A stretch of DNA of 63,936 nt, filler included, from an uncultured Methanosarcinales archaeon (GTDB lineage Archaea; Nanobdellota; Nanobdellia; Woesearchaeales; CALCXY01), in the NCBI GenBank assembly GCA_964385185.1. It is 3 parts of 3 records of this genome, joined end to end, with 100 filler letters (N's around TTAATTAATTAA, not from the genome) between each part and the next. Parts side by side here need not be neighbours in the genome. Positions count along the whole stretch, not along the records: positions 46,844 to 63,936 come from CAYLOA010000024.1; 2 more parts are not named here. One strand, given 5' to 3'. Positions 59,593 to 63,936 of this stretch are shown here, piece by piece (the first letter of the stretch is position 1; each line of letters begins with the position of its first letter). The position numbers and the translations under genes were made by a program. Under the pieces are notes generated by a model. That model saw only the letters and a list, made by a program, of their open reading frames with translations, was not told where the DNA came from and ran no database searches.

Positions 59593-61203
59593 CTATCTTC
59601 TTCGCTTTCTCCAAGTTCTATAGAAACTTACAAGTAACATTCCACCCACAAAGACGATGATAAACATAGAAATACTTCTTCCTACATTAGTTATGCCTCC
59701 ACCAAAGCCATACGCTCTTCCAATAAGACCTTGTTGTCTTGCAACAACACTTGAAGTACAAGGCTCTTCATCAATGACTCGGTTACAGTTATTATCTAAG
59801 AGATCTTCACAAATTTCAGGGACATTATGTCCAATATCACTTTCATCCGGCCTACAATCAGTAAGATCAGGATCTCCATCTGCATCTCTGTCAACCGTTT
59901 TAGCAAAGGAATTATCAACTGGGAAACAACTACCATAGTGATTATAAGATTGACATACTTGCTCTCCAGCAAAGAAGTCATTAAACTGACATGATCTTAC
60001 CTCTTCAGCCAAACAAGGAAAAATTCTTTTACATCCATGTTCATCACTACAGGCACCTAAGCTCCATTTTCCTCCTTCATCACCACAAACATCCTCGGGA
60101 GTAATGAAACAACCCTCTAATTGCACACAGCATCCTTCAACAATACCACCCTCAATAGGAGTTTCTGGAGCAACGATAGGCACACCAATCTCTGGTGTGC
60201 TAGGTAGTTTAGGAGTTGTAGGATCCACAGGATCAGTAGGTCCATCAGGATCTGTCCCAATTCCAGGAGGTTTAGGAATACTTGGAAGTGAAATAGTGGA
60301 ATCATCATCTTCAAATTCATCATCTATTAGTTGAGGTGTAGTAGGAACAGTAGGTAATGCTGTAAACTCTTCTTCAATATCGTCACTTACTTCATCATCA
60401 GCAGAAGGCAAACTAGGTAATTCACCTATAATACAACTTCCATCCACACACGTAGTAGGGCTCTCACAAGCAGGACTACAACCATCCACAATACTATCTT
60501 CTTCAATCAGAGGATCACCAGGAATCTTATCTTCCATAAATTCGTCATCAATTTCCACCGTTTCTTCAACAATCTCAACAACTTTTGGACACTGCAATGG
60601 TAGTGGCATACCAGTCTCACTAACAACTTGGATATTATCTACATATACTTTCTTGTAATGCCCCATCTCAGAATCTCTCACCACTATTCTAACAACTTTT
60701 CCTTCATGCTGACTTAATCCATTACAACTATCTTTAAACAGAATATCTGTATTCTGTCCATTTTCTGAACTACACAAAACATCTCCATCATTTCCAACAA
60801 CATAAAGACCTGAATCTTCATCCGATCCCCCAGCTCGTAGGAAAGTAACTCTATCTACACCGGATGATATCACAAAGTGAGGACCTTTTGCTTCTCCTGT
60901 TGATTCATCACACCCAGTACTGAGATACTTCTCACCTCTCATCCCTTTGGCTGGTTCACTCGTACCATCACCGCATTGAAAGTGGGCACCAGTAAGCACT
61001 TGAGCTGACCCACTACATTCCCATCCTTGAGGACAACTCCCTAATGAACTATCTTCAAAACTCGATTGGATTGCCATCTGCATCTCAGCTGCACAATCCT
61101 CAACACCTGTTACCGTACCCACAGCCTGGCCAACCTTGTCAACAGTACATCCACTACCAACAATAGCCAAAACAAGTACTAGTAACAAGAAACGCTTTAA
61201 CAT
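59593..61203 (-). CDS. Acidic Cys-rich surface protein (lipobox-like N-terminus, MopE-like motif, C-terminal TM)
   Basis: GSG|CTVDKVGQAV, Pro-rich linker, DADGD...DC...EICEDLLDNNCN..IDE, and C-terminal TM followed by RKRRR. Confidence 0.75.
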   Translation of the reverse strand: MLKRFLLLVLVLAIVGSGCTVDKVGQAVGTVTGVEDCAAEMQMAIQSSFEDSSLGSCPQGWECSGSAQVLTGAHFQCGDGTSEPAKGMRGEKYLSTGCDESTGEAKGPHFVISSGVDRVTFLRAGGSDEDSGLYVVGNDGDVLCSSENGQNTDILFKDSCNGLSQHEGKVVRIVVRDSEMGHYKKVYVDNIQVVSETGMPLPLQCPKVVEIVEETVEIDDEFMEDKIPGDPLIEEDSIVDGCSPACESPTTCVDGSCIIGELPSLPSADDEVSDDIEEEFTALPTVPTTPQLIDDEFEDDDSTISLPSIPKPPGIGTDPDGPTDPVDPTTPKLPSTPEIGVPIVAPETPIEGGIVEGCCVQLEGCFITPEDVCGDEGGKWSLGACSDEHGCKRIFPCLAEEVRSCQFNDFFAGEQVCQSYNHYGSCFPVDNSFAKTVDRDADGDPDLTDCRPDESDIGHNVPEICEDLLDNNCNRVIDEEPCTSSVVARQQGLIGRAYGFGGGITNVGRSISMFIIVFVGGMLLVSFYRTWRKRRR

Positions 61204-63056
61204 AATGATGCACCCTCCTTAAAGTTCAACTCATATCCTATAAAGGTTATATCATCAACTGGGATAAATCCTTCTTTAAACAAAGTTCTGAAAATATCCA
61301 TCTGCCGATCACTTAAGGCACAACAATAATTAGTAAAGTCTGCATTAGGGCATACCCCACTTGCTTCTGCGATAATCTCCACCTCATCAACAACTTCTCT
61401 TGTAAATGAAGGTGCAATATCTCCTTCTCCTTCTACACAAGTAAATCGATCAGGATCACATACCTCTCCTGTAGCACATTCATCATCACTACTACAAATG
61501 GTACTCAGTACACAAAAGCCATTTCCAGTATCACAGTATCTGCCCGGTTCACAACCTGCATCGGTTTTACACGTTTGCTCGAGATCTAAACATTTATTCT
61601 CTTCACTACAAGCAAACCCATCATCACATCGTCCACAAGCCACACTTCCACCACAGCCATCATCTACGATACCACATACATTCTGACTACATTCCTTCGG
61701 TTCGCACAATTCTGCAGCATCTTCTTGTAGACATCTATTTTCGGAGCAGACTTCTCCTTCGTCACACCTACCACATAGTATTTTACCACCACAGCTATCC
61801 TCTGCAACCCCACATGAGGCACCTATCTCTTTACATAATGCTGGTTCACAAGCATCTACACTAAACGTGTATGAAGATAATAATGGAACACCACTTGGGT
61901 CTAACATAATCTGACCATTTTCATTTCGAACATCTACATAGACTTCATACAGCCCTTCATATTCAGGATTAAAGCCACCTTTATTCATCCAAAACTCATC
62001 GAGTTTGACAACACCTGGTTCAAACTGACCATTTTCACTGACACGAGCAGGGGCAATTTCAATCGGTTCTTTACCATTAAGATACACCTCCACAGTTTCA
62101 CCAGCAGTAAGATCTTTTAACCTCATATAAGGAAATACAGTCAACGGTTTCATAAAATAATTAACAATCTGACTTCGGTCTTCGAAAGGTGTTACCCCTT
62201 CAGTCCCTTCAACACTTCCACGAACAGCAAATCCAACTAATCCTCTAAACCAACTAGCCACTTTGGCACCAAAACTCTGCTTAGGTGGAGGATCTGTAAT
62301 CATCACAACAATCTGTCGCTGAATATTATCGAAATCTCCTTCTTTTCCTAATTGATAACTCTCTCGCATAGTTTCAACGTGCACATGCACACCACGTTGA
62401 TCAGGAACGACTACTTCACTATCAAGTTCAAAACCAAGCGCATCAGTTTCAGGCCCACTAGACTCTACCACAGGTGCAGATTCATCGGCAGCAAATAAGG
62501 CATCAATCTCTGCATCGCTTAAAGTTCCACTTGCCTCTACAATACCTGGAGATTCTGGAACAATTTCATCAACAACACTCTTTTCAGAAGCTGCCTCACT
62601 ACTTGCTTCCTCTCTACCTTTGTTGTATAATTCTAATGTTCTTTGATTTTTTTTGTTAATTCGTTTAGGAGCAACTTCAGGTGTACTTTCCTCTGTATCT
62701 TCAACTACTACTTCAACTTCTTCCTCTACAATCTCTTCGGCTTCCACAACTACTTCTTCTACAGTTTCTAAAACTTCAATCTCATCACTAACAGTATCTA
62801 TTTGTTCCTCAGCCTCAATAATTTCTTCCACTTCATCTACTACTACTTCTTCAATCGGCTCCTCATCAATAACTTCTTCTTCCACTTCTTCCACTTCTTC
62901 TTCAACAACTTCCTCCTCCTCAACTTCCTCTTCAACCTCTTCAGGTTCTTCATTAATTTCTTCCTCAACACCTACTGCACGACCGACTTTATCAATCGCA
63001 CATCCACTAAAAAGTAACAATACTATCATTAATATGACGTAGAGCTTAGTATTCAT
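61197..63056 (-). CDS. Glu-rich, Cys-rich surface lipoprotein with TDPP/GLVGFAV domain
   Basis: FSG|CAIDKVGRAV, long E/V-rich tract, CG...DxCGG...CG.C repeats; ATG 63056 after SD GGAGGAG. Confidence 0.75.
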   Translation of the reverse strand: MNTKLYVILMIVLLLFSGCAIDKVGRAVGVEEEINEEPEEVEEEVEEEEVVEEEVEEVEEEVIDEEPIEEVVVDEVEEIIEAEEQIDTVSDEIEVLETVEEVVVEAEEIVEEEVEVVVEDTEESTPEVAPKRINKKNQRTLELYNKGREEASSEAASEKSVVDEIVPESPGIVEASGTLSDAEIDALFAADESAPVVESSGPETDALGFELDSEVVVPDQRGVHVHVETMRESYQLGKEGDFDNIQRQIVVMITDPPPKQSFGAKVASWFRGLVGFAVRGSVEGTEGVTPFEDRSQIVNYFMKPLTVFPYMRLKDLTAGETVEVYLNGKEPIEIAPARVSENGQFEPGVVKLDEFWMNKGGFNPEYEGLYEVYVDVRNENGQIMLDPSGVPLLSSYTFSVDACEPALCKEIGASCGVAEDSCGGKILCGRCDEGEVCSENRCLQEDAAELCEPKECSQNVCGIVDDGCGGSVACGRCDDGFACSEENKCLDLEQTCKTDAGCEPGRYCDTGNGFCVLSTICSSDDECATGEVCDPDRFTCVEGEGDIAPSFTREVVDEVEIIAEASGVCPNADFTNYCCALSDRQMDIFRTLFKEGFIPVDDITFIGYELNFKEGASLC

Positions 63057-63936
63057 CTTCAATCTCCTCCACACGTTGTTTAGTTTTATCAATCTGTCTC
63101 CTCAGAGCTTGCAATCTCTGTTCAGAGCTTAATTTCTTTTTCTTACTCACTTTTGATCGTAAAGTATCAACCTTCTTACCAATCCCCTTCTTAAGTGAAA
63201 TCGATTCTAATGCTACAAATGGATCCTTCTCTTCAGGTTCAGATAAGTTTTCTAGCGCTTTAATCCGAGCTTCATCTTTTTTATTGACCTTTGGAACATG
63301 GAAAGCACTTTCAACAGGAACAGTCCCGGCTCTAGGTCTCTTTTTAGGTCCTGCCAACACCTGGCCCACATGAGGTACCGCAACAGGAGTGTGCACTTTT
63401 TCTCTGAAAGGTTCTTTCGGTCGAGTAACTTTTACACTCTTACGTTCAAAGTGAATGAACAATCCACCCATAAGGACTGATCCTAGTACTCCTAAGCTAA
63501 TGAATACATATATCCAAGGGAATTCTCCTCCACAATCAGCAGGACAACTGTCCTCAGTCTCTTCAGCACTGCACACATTATCTCCACATACAATAATCTT
63601 ACACGCTTTACACGGTCCACCACAATCTATGCCACTCTCACCCTGGTTCTGCACCCGATCAAGACAACTTGCAGTGCTTCCAGACGGGAATTCAACTCTT
63701 GGAGGTTTTGTAGGCTCTCCAGTCGTGGAAGGTGTACCAGGTTGTACAACAACAGTCGTACGAGTAGATGTTCCACCACGAGTAGTTATAGGAACATGAG
63801 TACAACTCTGTTGTTCACTTGGTTTCTCTCTAAAGCAGTTATTTGTGCTAATACATGATCTTGTTTGTTGCCTACTTGCGGGACAATCTACTGGACTCCA
63901 TGCACTGCAAGTCCAGTTAGGCGTACAGACAGGCGA
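63046..63936 (-). CDS. C-terminal part of a large Cys-rich membrane-anchored surface protein (5'-truncated)
   Basis: Frame is open to the window end: CTPNWTCSAWS...QTRSC (TSP1-like), CLDRVQNQGESGIDCGGPC, TM helix and basic cytoplasmic tail. Confidence 0.8.
   Translation of the reverse strand, partial: SPVCTPNWTCSAWSPVDCPASRQQTRSCISTNNCFREKPSEQQSCTHVPITTRGGTSTRTTVVVQPGTPSTTGEPTKPPRVEFPSGSTASCLDRVQNQGESGIDCGGPCKACKIIVCGDNVCSAEETEDSCPADCGGEFPWIYVFISLGVLGSVLMGGLFIHFERKSVKVTRPKEPFREKVHTPVAVPHVGQVLAGPKKRPRAGTVPVESAFHVPKVNKKDEARIKALENLSEPEEKDPFVALESISLKKGIGKKVDTLRSKVSKKKKLSSEQRLQALRRQIDKTKQRVEEIEDEY

Overview
Low-GC archaeal sequence, most likely a DPANN/Woesearchaeota-like genome bin. The assignment rests on an archaeal 16S rRNA, aIF5A, rpl40e, spt5, secE, two ftsZ genes, BRE/TATA promoters and class III signal-peptide proteins; the phylum is inferred, not computed. 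The window is three contigs joined by artificial 100-nt spacers (N-run + TTAATTAATTAA + N-run at 23428-23527 and 46744-46843). Contig 1 carries tRNA-modification and translation genes, a 1196-aa prepilin-type Cys-rich protein and a 4172-aa giant Cys-rich surface protein. Each of the two large genes is headed by a tiny AbrB/SpoVT-like ORF that the ORF track missed, fused by an ATGA overlap and preceded by paired TAG-NN-CTA palindromes. Contig 2 has the 5' ~1 kb of 16S rRNA, a six-gene coupled operon (membrane protein, coiled coil, classic AAA+, MoxR AAA+, HExxH-vWA, helical protein) with a structured leader, then cobO, a CaCA antiporter, UPF0182, lipoprotein MsrAB and hypotheticals. Contig 3 has ftsZ2, GNAT/MBL genes, a solo Cas4-like nuclease, transaldolase, iscS, ftsZ1, an FKBP PPIase, secE-spt5 and an operon of Cys-rich surface proteins. 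Across the window there is a dispersed family of covarying REP-like hairpins and a recurring (L/V)(V/I/T)-G-x-A-(V/I/Y) surface-protein motif. All calls were made by eye from motifs; no database searches were run.
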